Shown here piece after piece: positions 35,890 through 46,187 of a DNA stretch of 64,000 bases (positions within the stretch are counted from its first letter, which is position 1; each line of letters starts with the position of its first letter). The DNA is from an uncultured Planctomycetia bacterium (GTDB lineage Bacteria; Omnitrophota; Gorgyraeia; Duberdicusellales; 4484-171): the NCBI GenBank assembly GCA_964536865.1, contig CAZHYN010000002.1:608-64607 (forward strand), in the 5' to 3' direction. Below the pieces are notes generated by a model. It saw only the letters and a list, made by a program, of their open reading frames with translations, was not told where the DNA came from and did not search any database. The translations under genes were made by a program, and so were the position numbers.

Positions 35890-37058
35890 CGTTTACTTCT
35901 TCTAAAATAGCCTTTTAAGAGTTTTACCAAATCATAATTTAACATATAATTTTCTGTCCGCCAAGATTCAATAATTTTCTTGCTTCTCTTACCCCACACA
36001 GTCAAATAGTTCTCCCATCCTAATATTGGACCTTCTCTACATATAAAAGGTAAGTTAGGAACCAACTGAAAAAGGCCATCAGGAAAGGTATAGTTTTTGA
36101 CTGATTTATAAGTCCACAGAGTATAACTAAATCCGAAGGTCTCGAAAGCATCTAATACATCTTTAAGATACTCCTTCTCCCCATAGAAATCATTACGCCA
36201 GTTTATCCCAAATTCCCCTACAAAGATTTCTACTTTATTTTTATTAGAGAATTTATAGTAGCGTTCTAGATACTTATAGACAGTGTTCCTATTCCAAACT
36301 TTTTCTTCTATCCGTCCAGGATAGGTATAGTAAGGTGTAAGATTAAAGACAAAGCTCAAGGGCTGATAGAAGTGAATGCTAACTTTCACGTTAGGTTCTA
36401 TTAAATCCTGTAGAAACTCTATATCCTGCCCCCATAGATTGCCTTCCAGAATAATAAAATGGTTCTTATCAACTTTCTTTATCTTATTAATTAACTTCCC
36501 ATAGAATTTCTTAAGAATATTAAGTTTTCTTTTCTCTATCACAGGTTCATTAATCATATCGTAACCCCAAAGTATTTCTCTGTTTTTAAAGTGAGAGGCT
36601 ATCAACTCCCACAAGGCAATAGTTCTGTTTTGGTAACTTTCTTTCTCCCACAAAAGGGCTAAACCTCTACTATCCGAATGCCAGTCTCTATTCTGTGAAC
36701 CCACAGCAGCATGGAGATCCAAAATCACTTTAAGATTATATTTATCCGCCCAAACCAGTACCTTATCCAGCCAAAAGATACCCTCTTTGTCGTAAGAAAA
36801 ACTATTCTTCTCTATAATACGATAATGGAAAGGAATTCTCACTACATTAGCTCCCCAACTACTTATTATCTTAAAATCTTCTTCCCTGATAAAGTTATCA
36901 CGAAAAGCCTGTTCAAACTTCTCTAATTCCTTTTTTCCCCAAATTTTTCTAAATCTCTCCTTAAATTCTCTCTCGGGAATATTCCTTCCACCCAGAAGAT
37001 ACCCCTCCATTAGGAGCCAACCTCCTAAATTAACCCCTCTTAACTTCTGTTCCTCCAT
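35886..37058 (-). CDS. glycoside hydrolase family 5 protein (cellulase-like), no signal peptide
   Basis: The GH5 catalytic acid motif (MINEP) and the nucleophile region are present. 390 aa, apparently cytoplasmic. Confidence 0.7.
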   Translation of the reverse strand: MEEQKLRGVNLGGWLLMEGYLLGGRNIPEREFKERFRKIWGKKELEKFEQAFRDNFIREEDFKIISSWGANVVRIPFHYRIIEKNSFSYDKEGIFWLDKVLVWADKYNLKVILDLHAAVGSQNRDWHSDSRGLALLWEKESYQNRTIALWELIASHFKNREILWGYDMINEPVIEKRKLNILKKFYGKLINKIKKVDKNHFIILEGNLWGQDIEFLQDLIEPNVKVSIHFYQPLSFVFNLTPYYTYPGRIEEKVWNRNTVYKYLERYYKFSNKNKVEIFVGEFGINWRNDFYGEKEYLKDVLDAFETFGFSYTLWTYKSVKNYTFPDGLFQLVPNLPFICREGPILGWENYLTVWGKRSKKIIESWRTENYMLNYDLVKLLKGYFRRSKR

Positions 37059-37179
37059 CTTTTACTTCCAGTTTAAATTAGCTTCACATTGAGGAGAAGT
37101 TTTCAAAGGTTTATCATTTACCCCTTGAAATTTCTTAAATTTATAATCACAATTTTGGTAAAGATTTCATATGGAGGCA

Positions 37180-37650
37180 TCAGAAAGAAGTTTTAAATTT
37201 CCATTTTCTCCAGAAAGGTAAATAATCAATAATTAATTTCCCATCTAAATGGTCAATTTCATGCTGTAAGACTCGTGCCAGTAACCCTTTTGCTTTTATC
37301 TGAACAAGTTTACCTTTCTCATTTAATCCTTCTACTACAACCTCATAAGCTCTTTTTACCTCAACCTGTGCTTGAGGAATACTTAAACATCCTTCAACTA
37401 ACTTATCCTCTCCTTTAACTTCAAGAACCTTAGGATTGGCAAGTTTAATCTCTTTCTCGCCAATATCAACAACAATTAATCTCTTAAGAAGCCCTACTTG
37501 AGGAGCAGCTAAGCCTATCCCTTGAAAACGTCTCATTGTAAAAAGCATTTTTGAAAAAAGGTCTTTTTCATAAGAACTTATCCCCTCAATCTCTTCACAT
37601 TTTTTTCTTAAAACCTTGTCAGGATATTTTTTAATTTCAAGAATCTGCAT
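37180..37650 (-). CDS. def: peptide deformylase
   Basis: Motifs GIGLAAPQVG, EGCLSIP and HEIDHLDG are present. Confidence 0.9.
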   Translation of the reverse strand: MQILEIKKYPDKVLRKKCEEIEGISSYEKDLFSKMLFTMRRFQGIGLAAPQVGLLKRLIVVDIGEKEIKLANPKVLEVKGEDKLVEGCLSIPQAQVEVKRAYEVVVEGLNEKGKLVQIKAKGLLARVLQHEIDHLDGKLIIDYLPFWRKWKFKTSF

Positions 37651-38515
37651 TAAACAGTAAAATTTTTTCTCCTACTCTAGCTCCTACTTCTTTTGCCACC
37701 ACAGAACATTTTGCCATAAATAGAAAAAAGATACAATCTCTTTTTCTCCATAAAGCCTCAAAGTTTCCCTGCCCTTTACTGATAATCATATCCGCTTTTT
37801 TATAAATTTTTAGAAAATCTTGGGAACATAAACTTAGAACGGTTCCGGGAGCATCACAACCAGAAGAGATAACTTGAGCTACCTTATCAATTCCACAAAA
37901 ATAGGCATCAGAAATTAAAGCATCATTAATTATTGGTCTTTCCCTTACTACATAAATTATTTTTTTATGGGGATACAAACTTTTTATCTCCTCTATCAAT
38001 ACTTTATCAAAAACAACCTCCCCGGCATTATCTGCCAGATATAAAATAGAATGTGCTTCTTTTAAGGCTTTTTTAAACTCTTTATACTTAAAAAATTTAC
38101 TGTTTATTTTGTTTAAAGAAATTTGCTTTTTCATATCTTTCATACTCTCTTTGCCAAAATCAGAACCCACTCCATAATCAATAATATTTCCTGCAATTGC
38201 TAATTCTACAGCTTTCTGTAATCTATCAGAAGAATGACAAACTTTCTTTTTTAAATAAGGATAAATTTTTAAAGCTGAATAATTACTTTTTCTCTTTATT
38301 TGAAAATAAGGGTCTTCTTCTTTTATTATCTTTTTTACAATATTATGAATGGTTTTTCCCATCAAAGGAGGAGGGTTATTTAAAGAAAATTTAATTATTG
38401 CTTTCGCTATCTCATCAAAAATTTCTTTCTGTTTATCCTTTGAAACTTTAAGTATTTTGCTAATTTCTAATGCCTGCCTGAAAAAACAGGGAATGCACTC
38501 AAGATATGTTTTCAT
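37637..38515 (-). CDS. DUF89 (ARMT1-like damage-control phosphatase) family protein
   Basis: The N-terminus ECIPCFFRQAL and the overall length are typical of DUF89. Confidence 0.6.
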   Translation of the reverse strand: MKTYLECIPCFFRQALEISKILKVSKDKQKEIFDEIAKAIIKFSLNNPPPLMGKTIHNIVKKIIKEEDPYFQIKRKSNYSALKIYPYLKKKVCHSSDRLQKAVELAIAGNIIDYGVGSDFGKESMKDMKKQISLNKINSKFFKYKEFKKALKEAHSILYLADNAGEVVFDKVLIEEIKSLYPHKKIIYVVRERPIINDALISDAYFCGIDKVAQVISSGCDAPGTVLSLCSQDFLKIYKKADMIISKGQGNFEALWRKRDCIFFLFMAKCSVVAKEVGARVGEKILLFNADS

Positions 38516-39311
38516 TTTCTAAAAAATTAAGTATTTTCTCCAAAATCTCACCAATTCCAGTCTTGTCTTCTTTAAAATTTAAAAGCTTTCCCTCATCAGA
38601 AAATTTTACTATTAAAGGAGTAAAAGGAATTCTTCCTAAAAAAACAAGATTAAAATCCCTGGCTAATTTTTCTCCCCCTCCTTTCCCAAATAAATCTATC
38701 TTTCTCCCACACCAGGGACATATAAGTGAACTCATATTCTCAATTATCCCTATAATAGGGATTTTTAATTCTTTAGCAAAAGAAATAGCTTTTTTTACAT
38801 CTAAAAGTGCTACTTCCTGAGGCGTAGTAACAATTATTGCTCCACTGATATCAGGAATAAATTGTGCCACACTTAAAGGTTCGTCTCCTGTCCCTGGAGG
38901 AGCATCAATAATTAAAAAGTCTAAATCTCCCCATAAAGTATCTGCCAGAAACTGTCTTATCAAAGTTGTTCTTAAAGGACCTCGCCAGATTACCGGCTGA
39001 CTCTCATTATCTAAAACCAGAGCCATACTTACAATTTTTAAACCAGGCACAACCTCTAAGGGTTTAATTTTTGAATCTACTGCTTCAAGCCTTTCTTTTT
39101 CCCCAAACATCTTGGCAATATTTGGCCCACATACATCCGCATCTAAAATACCCACTTTATAATTTCTCCTCACCAAACCCGTCGCTAAAATCACTGAAAC
39201 TGTGGTCTTCCCTACCCCACCTTTTCCACTGATAACAAGTAATCTATGCTTTATCCTGGATAAATTATCCCTGATTGCCTCTAAAATTGACTCAAAATTT
39301 TTATCTTTCAT
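38499..39311 (-). CDS. apbC: Mrp/NBP35 (ApbC) family Fe-S cluster carrier ATPase
   Basis: Deviant Walker A motif SGKGGVGKTT and the CPWCG motif are present. 270 aa. Confidence 0.85.
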   Translation of the reverse strand: MKDKNFESILEAIRDNLSRIKHRLLVISGKGGVGKTTVSVILATGLVRRNYKVGILDADVCGPNIAKMFGEKERLEAVDSKIKPLEVVPGLKIVSMALVLDNESQPVIWRGPLRTTLIRQFLADTLWGDLDFLIIDAPPGTGDEPLSVAQFIPDISGAIIVTTPQEVALLDVKKAISFAKELKIPIIGIIENMSSLICPWCGRKIDLFGKGGGEKLARDFNLVFLGRIPFTPLIVKFSDEGKLLNFKEDKTGIGEILEKILNFLENENIS

Positions 39312-39357
39312 TTAAAGGGAATTTTCTCCTCAGGCTCTTACCATTTTCATCCCACAC

Positions 39358-39525
39358 TTAGGATAACTTACTGCATAACAAGAAATGTCTCTTTGATAAA
39401 TTAGGAGCATCAACAATTTCTTTACTGAGAACTTTATTATTTTCTATTTCAAAGAAACCAAACTGAAGACATCTTCCAAAATAGAAAGAAATTTTACCAC
39501 CTTCCAGAGGAATTGCAATCTTCAT
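39358..39525 (-). CDS. short (55-aa) NifX/NifB-like dinitrogenase-FeMo-cofactor-binding domain protein, apparently truncated
   Basis: Hand translation gives MKIAIPLEGGKISFYFGRCLQFGFFEIENNKVLSKEIVDAPNLSKRHFLLCSKLS. It matches the N-terminal half of PF02579 proteins (MKIAIP..G.....HFG....F) that commonly sit next to Mrp/ApbC. It is below the ORF-track length cutoff. Confidence 0.35.
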   Translation of the reverse strand: MKIAIPLEGGKISFYFGRCLQFGFFEIENNKVLSKEIVDAPNLSKRHFLLCSKLS

Positions 39526-39945
39526 TTTTTCAAGATATTATCTATTTCTCAATTTCTTTTATCCTTTTCTCAATCATCTCTATCTGCTGCTTTAGGAAAT
39601 TTAATTCTTCTTCTTTTGAAAGAGCTTGACGCTAAGGTGGAAACATATTTTAAATTTTTCAATCGCTCCTTTTAACTTTCAATCCCACTAGTCCAGTAAT
39701 TACTTTTACTTAAGCTTGTTGAAATACAAAAAAGGCATTAGGTCCTACATTTCCTGTAAGCAAAACTTAACTCCTCTCTTCTTCTTTTTCTCGCAGGTAG
39801 GGTTCTAATATTGAAAAGTTTCCACGGTAGGAGTATTATAACAGAAGATTGGAAAAAAAATTAATTTTTTTCTTGAAAAATCCAAAATTTCTGTTTTAAT
39901 ATAATTGAAAATTTATGAATTTAAATATAATATCAGTTAGGGGGG

Positions 39946-40320
39946 ATGAAAAAGGAGTTTTGTTCTACTAACGGATTCGTAAAATTTGCAGGAACCCATC
40001 TCATTATAGAACTCCGAAGGGCAAAAAATCTTTCCTCTCTTTCCACTATAAAAAAAATCTTAGAAGACGCAGTTAAGGCTTGTGGAGCAACCCTCCTAAA
40101 AATAAATCTCCATAAATTTTCTCCCTATGGAGGTATCTCAGGAGTAGCGATAATAAAAGAATCTCATCTTAGTATCCACTCTTGGCCAGAATATGGATAC
40201 GCTGCTATAGATATATTTGTCTGTGGAACAGTAAACCCTTATAAAGCTATTCCTGTAATTAAAAAAGGATTTAATACTGAAGATATTCAAGTAGTAGAAG
40301 TTAAACGAGGTGTCCTTTAG
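39946..40320 (+). CDS. speH: S-adenosylmethionine decarboxylase proenzyme (pyruvoyl-dependent, SpeH type)
   Basis: The processing motif IKESHLSIHSWPE is present, with E-S cleavage and the Ser becoming the pyruvoyl group. 124 aa. Confidence 0.85.
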   Translation: MKKEFCSTNGFVKFAGTHLIIELRRAKNLSSLSTIKKILEDAVKACGATLLKINLHKFSPYGGISGVAIIKESHLSIHSWPEYGYAAIDIFVCGTVNPYKAIPVIKKGFNTEDIQVVEVKRGVL

Positions 40321-41160
40321 ATGTGGTATACAGAGACTTTATATCCAGATATAAAACTCCAACTGAAAGGTAAACTTCTCTATCGAAGAAAAACTCCTTA
40401 CCAAGATTTAAGAATCTATCGCACTCAAAGATTTGGAAATACCCTTGTTCTTGATGGTGCTACCCAAACTACAGAAGGAGACGAATTCATTTATCACGAG
40501 ATGATTACTCACCCTGTAATGCTACTTTCGCCCAACCCTCAAAAAGTCCTAGTTATTGGGGGAGGAGATGGAGGAGTAATAAGAGAAGTAGTAAAGTACA
40601 AAACAGTTAAGGAAGTTTATTTAGTAGAAATAGATCAACATGTAATTACTGCCTCAAAAAAATATCTAAAAACTATCTGTAAAAATTCCTTCCGAGACAG
40701 GCGAGTAAAAATAATAATTGATGATGGAGCAAAATTCTTAAGACAGACGAAAGAGAAATTTGATATTGTTATAGTCGATTCTCCTGATCCGATAGGATGT
40801 GCAAAAATCCTATTCTCTAAGAAGTTTTACCAAGATATATTCTCTGTACTAAAGAATAATGGATTAATGATTAGGCAAGCTGGCTCAACTATTCTTCAGA
40901 AAGAAGAGCTAAAGGAGAATTGGCAAATTCTAAAGAGAATATTTCCTTACTTTTGGCTTCATCTTATTGCTGTGCCTACCTACATCGGGGGGCTATTTAC
41001 CCTCATAGTAGGATCAAAGAAAATAGACCTCTTTAATGTTAGTATTGATCTTTTAGAAAGGAGAATGAGAATTTTAAAGATTAAGACAAATTACTATAAT
41101 CCTTATATCCATATGGGAAGTGCAATGCTTCCTGAATATGTAAAAAAGATACTAAGATGA
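40321..41160 (+). CDS. speE: spermidine synthase
   Basis: Motifs VLVIGGGDGGVIREV and DSPDPIG are present. 279 aa. Confidence 0.9.
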   Translation: MWYTETLYPDIKLQLKGKLLYRRKTPYQDLRIYRTQRFGNTLVLDGATQTTEGDEFIYHEMITHPVMLLSPNPQKVLVIGGGDGGVIREVVKYKTVKEVYLVEIDQHVITASKKYLKTICKNSFRDRRVKIIIDDGAKFLRQTKEKFDIVIVDSPDPIGCAKILFSKKFYQDIFSVLKNNGLMIRQAGSTILQKEELKENWQILKRIFPYFWLHLIAVPTYIGGLFTLIVGSKKIDLFNVSIDLLERRMRILKIKTNYYNPYIHMGSAMLPEYVKKILR

Positions 41161-41513
41161 AGAAAATATACGGTTACGAACTGATAATGGATCTCTTTGA
41201 ATGCAATGAGGAAATAATTACTTCTAAGGTGAAGCTTAAAGAGTATATAGATAGATTATGCAAACTAATAAAAATGGAAAAATATGGAAAGGCTTTAATT
41301 CCTTATTTTGGAGAAAAAAGCCCACATACCAAAGGATATTCGTTAGTACAGCTAATAGAAACCAGTTCCATTACCGGCCATTTTTCTGACATCTGGCGAT
41401 CTGCTTACATAAACATCTTCTCTTGTAAAAAATTCAATCCCGAAATTACTCTCCAATTTACTAAAAAATTCTTCCAAGCCAAAAGAGTAAAACATCGTTT
41501 TATTATCCGTTAA
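41157..41513 (+). CDS. SpeH-like AdoMetDC-fold paralog in which the processing Ser is replaced (ETS instead of ESH)
   Basis: It aligns to SpeH (GYSLVQLIETSSITGHFSD.IWRSAYINIFSC versus GISGVAIIKESHLSIHSWPEYGYAAIDIFVC). It overlaps the speE stop by 4 bp. Confidence 0.5.
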   Translation: MKKIYGYELIMDLFECNEEIITSKVKLKEYIDRLCKLIKMEKYGKALIPYFGEKSPHTKGYSLVQLIETSSITGHFSDIWRSAYINIFSCKKFNPEITLQFTKKFFQAKRVKHRFIIR

Positions 41514-41814
41514 CTATCTTTGCATTCCTTATTATAATTCCCTTAGGAAGATTTTTAGCCAGCTTTATCCTGAACAACTCTTCGTCAACCTTTTCTCTAA
41601 AGTGGAAAGTCACCTCAATATCCCCTCTTTCTCCTAACTTAAGAGCTTTATTAAAACTCATCTTAACCCGAGGATTAAACCCTTGAGTAAAAAATATAGG
41701 TAATTGAGTCCTCCTCAGAGCTCTCTCTAGAATCCTAACTAAATCTAGTTGAGAAAAATACCTCATAATCCCTTCTTTTCTAATAGTTACTCTAATTTTA
41801 AATCTCTTATCCAC
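41503..41814 (-). CDS. DUF2344 (TIGR03936) protein, partner of the TIGR03960 radical SAM protein
   Basis: 103-aa conserved partner ORF immediately downstream of the B12-binding radical SAM gene. Confidence 0.55.
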   Translation of the reverse strand: MDKRFKIRVTIRKEGIMRYFSQLDLVRILERALRRTQLPIFFTQGFNPRVKMSFNKALKLGERGDIEVTFHFREKVDEELFRIKLAKNLPKGIIIRNAKIVNG

Positions 41815-43435
41815 GCCAGCTTATGTGAGACCAACTAAAATTACTAACAAATGGCAATAAATACCATCGATAATCTAACTTTTCTTCTCTAAATGCCTCC
41901 TCCCATGGTCTCCAGTTAAAATGCTCTGTATAGGAATCAAGCTTCGCTCCTTTAAGAAAAGCTCTGTGAATAACTCTAGAGAGTCTTCTATCTCCTCGAG
42001 AAAGCACTGCTTCTATAACTCTCTGCTTAATATTAGAGATAGAAAGTTTTATATTCCCTCTTCTGAGAGCTTTAAGAAGGAGTTTTCTCTTTCTATAAAG
42101 AAGATTCTCTCTCTCCATTGCTACATCTTGGAATGAAGAAAAAGGTCTAGGCACAAACACATTTATACTTACATGAACTCTTATTTTAAGCTCTTTAGCT
42201 ATCTTTCTTGTTAACTCTCCTATAGAAACTAAATCTTCCTCTTCTTCGCCAGGAAGACCAAACATAAAGTAAAGTTTGATGTGTCTTAAATTTAGTGACT
42301 TCAATATTTCTTCAGCTTCCAAGAAAGTATCAACATCAATTCTTTTATTTATCTTCTCTCTTAACTGAGGTGTTCCTGCCTCTATTGCTAGAGTAAGAGA
42401 GGCCTTTTTTACTTTGAGGAGTTTCTTATAGAGCCTAGTTACTAAATCTTCTACTCTTAGAGAAGGTAAAGATATCCCTACCTTTTCCTTATTAAATAAG
42501 CCCTCAGCTCTCTCTACTAACTCCTCTATATGGGAGTAATCGGAAGCGGAAAGAGCTAATAGAGAAAAATTCTCATATCCACTGTTTTTGTAAACTGCTT
42601 CCATAATCTTTAAAATCTTTTCCACTTTCTTCTCTCGGTAAGGATAATAGAAACAACGTGCTTGACAGAAGTGACAACGGTTGGGACAACCACGAGCAAT
42701 TTCTATCTGAGCGCGATCGTGAATAATTTCGGTATAAGGAGTAAGCCAATTTACAGGATAATAAACGCTATTTAAATCTTTTACATAAATCTTCTTTAGA
42801 GGGAGTTGAGCGTACTTATACTTCTTAGAAAAGTAATAATTTCTTCCTTTTACTTCTACATAATAAAATTTTGGTACATAAAACCCCTCTATTTCCCCTA
42901 AGGCTCTGAGACGTGATTCCTTGTCTCTATATTTTCTTAGAATAGAAACAAATTCTGTCAATTTCTCCTCAAATTCTCCTAAGAAAAACACATCTACAAA
43001 TTCTGCCAGAGGTTCGGGGTTAGATATACCTCCTCCCAGAACAATAATTCTTTTTCTCTCCTCTCCTCTAAGAGGAACTCCTCCTAACTTAAGCATATAG
43101 AGAAAGTTGGTAAAATTTAATTCATAACTAAGATTGAATCCTATAACATCGAAACTAGATAAAGGTAACTTACTCTCTAAAGAAAACAACTTCTTTTTCC
43201 TCCTCTCTAAATAACCTCCTAAATCCAAACCCGGGAAAAATACCCGCTCGCAGACTACGTCGCTGAATTCATTAAACATAGCATAAAGTATTCTCACCCC
43301 TAAATTACTCATTCCTACTTCATATAGATCAGGAAAACAAATAGCTACTTTTATTTTTCTCCAATGTTTCTTCCTGATAACATTCCACTCATTATCCAGA
43401 TACCTCTGAGGCTTCTGGAAATGTAACCAGTTCAT
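41807..43435 (-). CDS. B12-binding-domain radical SAM protein (TIGR03960 family)
   Basis: N-terminal B12-binding-like domain followed by radical-SAM motif ARGCPNRCHFCQA. 542 aa. Confidence 0.75.
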   Translation of the reverse strand: MNWLHFQKPQRYLDNEWNVIRKKHWRKIKVAICFPDLYEVGMSNLGVRILYAMFNEFSDVVCERVFFPGLDLGGYLERRKKKLFSLESKLPLSSFDVIGFNLSYELNFTNFLYMLKLGGVPLRGEERKRIIVLGGGISNPEPLAEFVDVFFLGEFEEKLTEFVSILRKYRDKESRLRALGEIEGFYVPKFYYVEVKGRNYYFSKKYKYAQLPLKKIYVKDLNSVYYPVNWLTPYTEIIHDRAQIEIARGCPNRCHFCQARCFYYPYREKKVEKILKIMEAVYKNSGYENFSLLALSASDYSHIEELVERAEGLFNKEKVGISLPSLRVEDLVTRLYKKLLKVKKASLTLAIEAGTPQLREKINKRIDVDTFLEAEEILKSLNLRHIKLYFMFGLPGEEEEDLVSIGELTRKIAKELKIRVHVSINVFVPRPFSSFQDVAMERENLLYRKRKLLLKALRRGNIKLSISNIKQRVIEAVLSRGDRRLSRVIHRAFLKGAKLDSYTEHFNWRPWEEAFREEKLDYRWYLLPFVSNFSWSHISWRG

Positions 43436-44499
43436 TGCTTACTAATATTAAAAACAACTCCTAAAAGAAAAAAATTGAAGAAAAGGTGGGTCCCTCCATA
43501 GCTTAAGAAAACTAAAGGGAGTCCAACTATAGGTAACATCCCTATGCTCATTCCTATATTTATGAAGATATGCAGAAAAAATAGATAAGCTGTACCTATC
43601 AAAATATATCGGCCAAAATCGTCTTTGACTTCTTTAGTAATAGCAAGTATGTTTTTTAATATTAGATAGTAGATAATTAAAAGAAAAAGAGAACCTACCA
43701 ACCCCCACTCTTCTGCCACAACCGTAAAGATGAAATCCGTATGACGCTCAGGGAGGAAGTTAAACTGATTTTGAGTTCCGGAAAGAAATCCCTTACCTAT
43801 AATCTTTCCTGAACCAATAGCAATCTTTGACTGTAAAATTGTATATCCCGCTCCTAAAGGTTCACAGTTAGGATTCAAAAAAACAAGAAGTCTTTTTTTC
43901 TGATAGTCCTTAAGGAAATGCCACCCCAACGGTGTAATAAGTAGACCTGTAATTAGACAAAGAGTAAAGTATTTCTTCTTTATGGAAGAAGAAAAACCCA
44001 TAAGAAAAAATAGAAAAATACATATAAGAGCAGTACCTAAATCAGGCTGTTTAAAAATGAGGAAAGAACTTAACAGGACTAACCCCAAAGGAAACAATAC
44101 TTTCTTAGTAAAAATATTTTTATCAGAACTCTGGGAGAAGAATCTTGCTAAGATAAGCACTGTTACTACCTTAGAAAACTCTGAAGGTTGAAAATTCACA
44201 CCGAGAAAGGAAAACCACCTTCTTGCTCCCATAACCTCTCTACCTAATAACTTCACTCCTATAAGAAGCGCTAAGTTCAATATATAAAGAAAAATGCTTA
44301 AGTCAAAGTATAGTCTGTAGTTTACAAAAGAGAAAGAAAATAAAACCACCCATCCAATAGTTATCCAAGCTATCTGTCGATAAAGAATGTGTTCATTTGT
44401 GAACTCCCCCGCCTGATGAAGGGAACTGTAAAGAGAAAGAATACTCCATACATTGAGAGTAACTATACAAATGACAATCACCAATCTTATTCGACTCAT
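43432..44499 (-). CDS. rodA: rod shape-determining protein RodA (SEDS family)
   Basis: 355-aa polytopic FtsW/RodA family protein. It is adjacent to mrdA. Confidence 0.85.
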   Translation of the reverse strand: MSRIRLVIVICIVTLNVWSILSLYSSLHQAGEFTNEHILYRQIAWITIGWVVLFSFSFVNYRLYFDLSIFLYILNLALLIGVKLLGREVMGARRWFSFLGVNFQPSEFSKVVTVLILARFFSQSSDKNIFTKKVLFPLGLVLLSSFLIFKQPDLGTALICIFLFFLMGFSSSIKKKYFTLCLITGLLITPLGWHFLKDYQKKRLLVFLNPNCEPLGAGYTILQSKIAIGSGKIIGKGFLSGTQNQFNFLPERHTDFIFTVVAEEWGLVGSLFLLIIYYLILKNILAITKEVKDDFGRYILIGTAYLFFLHIFINIGMSIGMLPIVGLPLVFLSYGGTHLFFNFFLLGVVFNISKQ

Positions 44500-46187
44500 A
44501 TAAGATTCTCTTCCCTCAATCTTTTAAGAAGTTGATAGGTAACTTTTACTGCCTGATAACTGGAACCTCCATTCTCTAAAAAGACACATACAGAATACTT
44601 TGGATTTTGATAAGGGAAGAATCCTGCAAACCATCCATGAGCTTTACCTCTGGTCTGTGCAGTTCCTGTTTTCCCAGCAATATTTAATCCCAGAAAGCTT
44701 AAAAGATGAGCGGTTCCATCCTCTCTTGTCACTGCTTCTCTTAGACCTTCCCTTACTACCTCTATACTTTTTTTAGATACTCCCAAACTTAGCTTCTTTT
44801 CTGGAACAAAGTTGGTTTCTTCCACCTTTTTAAGAAGATGGGGCCAAACTAAGTAACCTTGATTAGCAAAAGCAGAAATAAATACCACCACTTCAATAGG
44901 AGTGACTTCTATATATCCCTGGCCAATGGATAGATTTACCGTATCACCACCATACCACTCTCTCTTTTTAACTTTTCTCTTCCAAATTCTTGTTGGTACC
45001 AATCCCTTACCTTCAAAAGGAAGATCTATCCGTGTTTTCCTATCCAAGCCAAAAATTTTTGCCCACTTAGCTATTCTCTCTACCTTAAGACGCAAGCCTA
45101 AATTATAGAAGTAGATATTACAGGAGTGAGCTAAGGCATCATAAAGATCCTCTTGATTATGCCTACGCCAACAGCTAAACTCTGTATCGGCTAAAGTAAA
45201 TTTACCTGAACAGAAAAAAGTTGTATGAGGATTAATTACTTTCTCTTCCAAACCTGCTACAGCTACTATTGACTTAAATACCGAACCTGGTGGATAGCGA
45301 GCTTGGATAGCTCTATTAATTAAAGGGTTTCTTCTATCTTTTAATATATACTCTACATCTTTACCTTCTATAAAACTATTGGGATCGAAAGAAGGCTTAG
45401 AAACCAAAGAAAAAATCTCACCTGTATGAGGACTCATAATAATAATTGCTCCTCTAAAATTGCCTAAACTTTGATAGGCTATCTTCTGGAATCGAGTATC
45501 TACAGTAAGATAAATATCACTACCTTTCCTTTTACTCCTCTTACCTAAGAATCCCATCACTTGACCTCTTGAATCCACCTCTATAAGTTCTACCCCATCT
45601 TCTCCTCTTAAGAAATGATCATAGAATCGTTCTATTCCATTTATACCTACCCTCTGAGAAGGGGAATAGCCGTACCTTTTTATATCCCGATAAATCACCT
45701 CTGCTTTCTTCACATAACCAAGCACATGGGAGTATAAATAACTAAAAGGATAGTAACGTTGAGGGATAATTCTTATAAGAACATTATCCTGGAGAACTTC
45801 CTTAATCTTTAAAGCTTTAGATTTATCTACATCTATCAACACTTCTACGGGAGAGAAAACGTTTTGAAAATTTTTCTGATAATTAATAGTGATAATCTCT
45901 TTATCCACATCTGCAACTTCAGCTAACCTTTCAAAGATAAATTCTTTTTTACCTTCTATCTGGTAAGGTATCACTGCTATATTAAAGATGGGTTTGTCCT
46001 GAGCAATGAGAATGCCTCTTCTATCAAAAATAGAACCTCTGATAGAAGGAAGATTGATTATCTTCACATAGTTGCTTTTTGCTCTCCTCAGATAATAATT
46101 TCCTCTTACAACTTGAAGATAGAAAAGACCAAAAATAATTATCAAAAAACCTCCAATTATTACTCTCACAGTTAATCTGCTACCCAT
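44496..46187 (-). CDS. mrdA: penicillin-binding protein 2 (transpeptidase)
   Basis: Transpeptidase motifs SVFK, SCN and KTGT are present. 563 aa. Confidence 0.85.
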   Translation of the reverse strand: MGSRLTVRVIIGGFLIIIFGLFYLQVVRGNYYLRRAKSNYVKIINLPSIRGSIFDRRGILIAQDKPIFNIAVIPYQIEGKKEFIFERLAEVADVDKEIITINYQKNFQNVFSPVEVLIDVDKSKALKIKEVLQDNVLIRIIPQRYYPFSYLYSHVLGYVKKAEVIYRDIKRYGYSPSQRVGINGIERFYDHFLRGEDGVELIEVDSRGQVMGFLGKRSKRKGSDIYLTVDTRFQKIAYQSLGNFRGAIIIMSPHTGEIFSLVSKPSFDPNSFIEGKDVEYILKDRRNPLINRAIQARYPPGSVFKSIVAVAGLEEKVINPHTTFFCSGKFTLADTEFSCWRRHNQEDLYDALAHSCNIYFYNLGLRLKVERIAKWAKIFGLDRKTRIDLPFEGKGLVPTRIWKRKVKKREWYGGDTVNLSIGQGYIEVTPIEVVVFISAFANQGYLVWPHLLKKVEETNFVPEKKLSLGVSKKSIEVVREGLREAVTREDGTAHLLSFLGLNIAGKTGTAQTRGKAHGWFAGFFPYQNPKYSVCVFLENGGSSYQAVKVTYQLLKRLREENLI

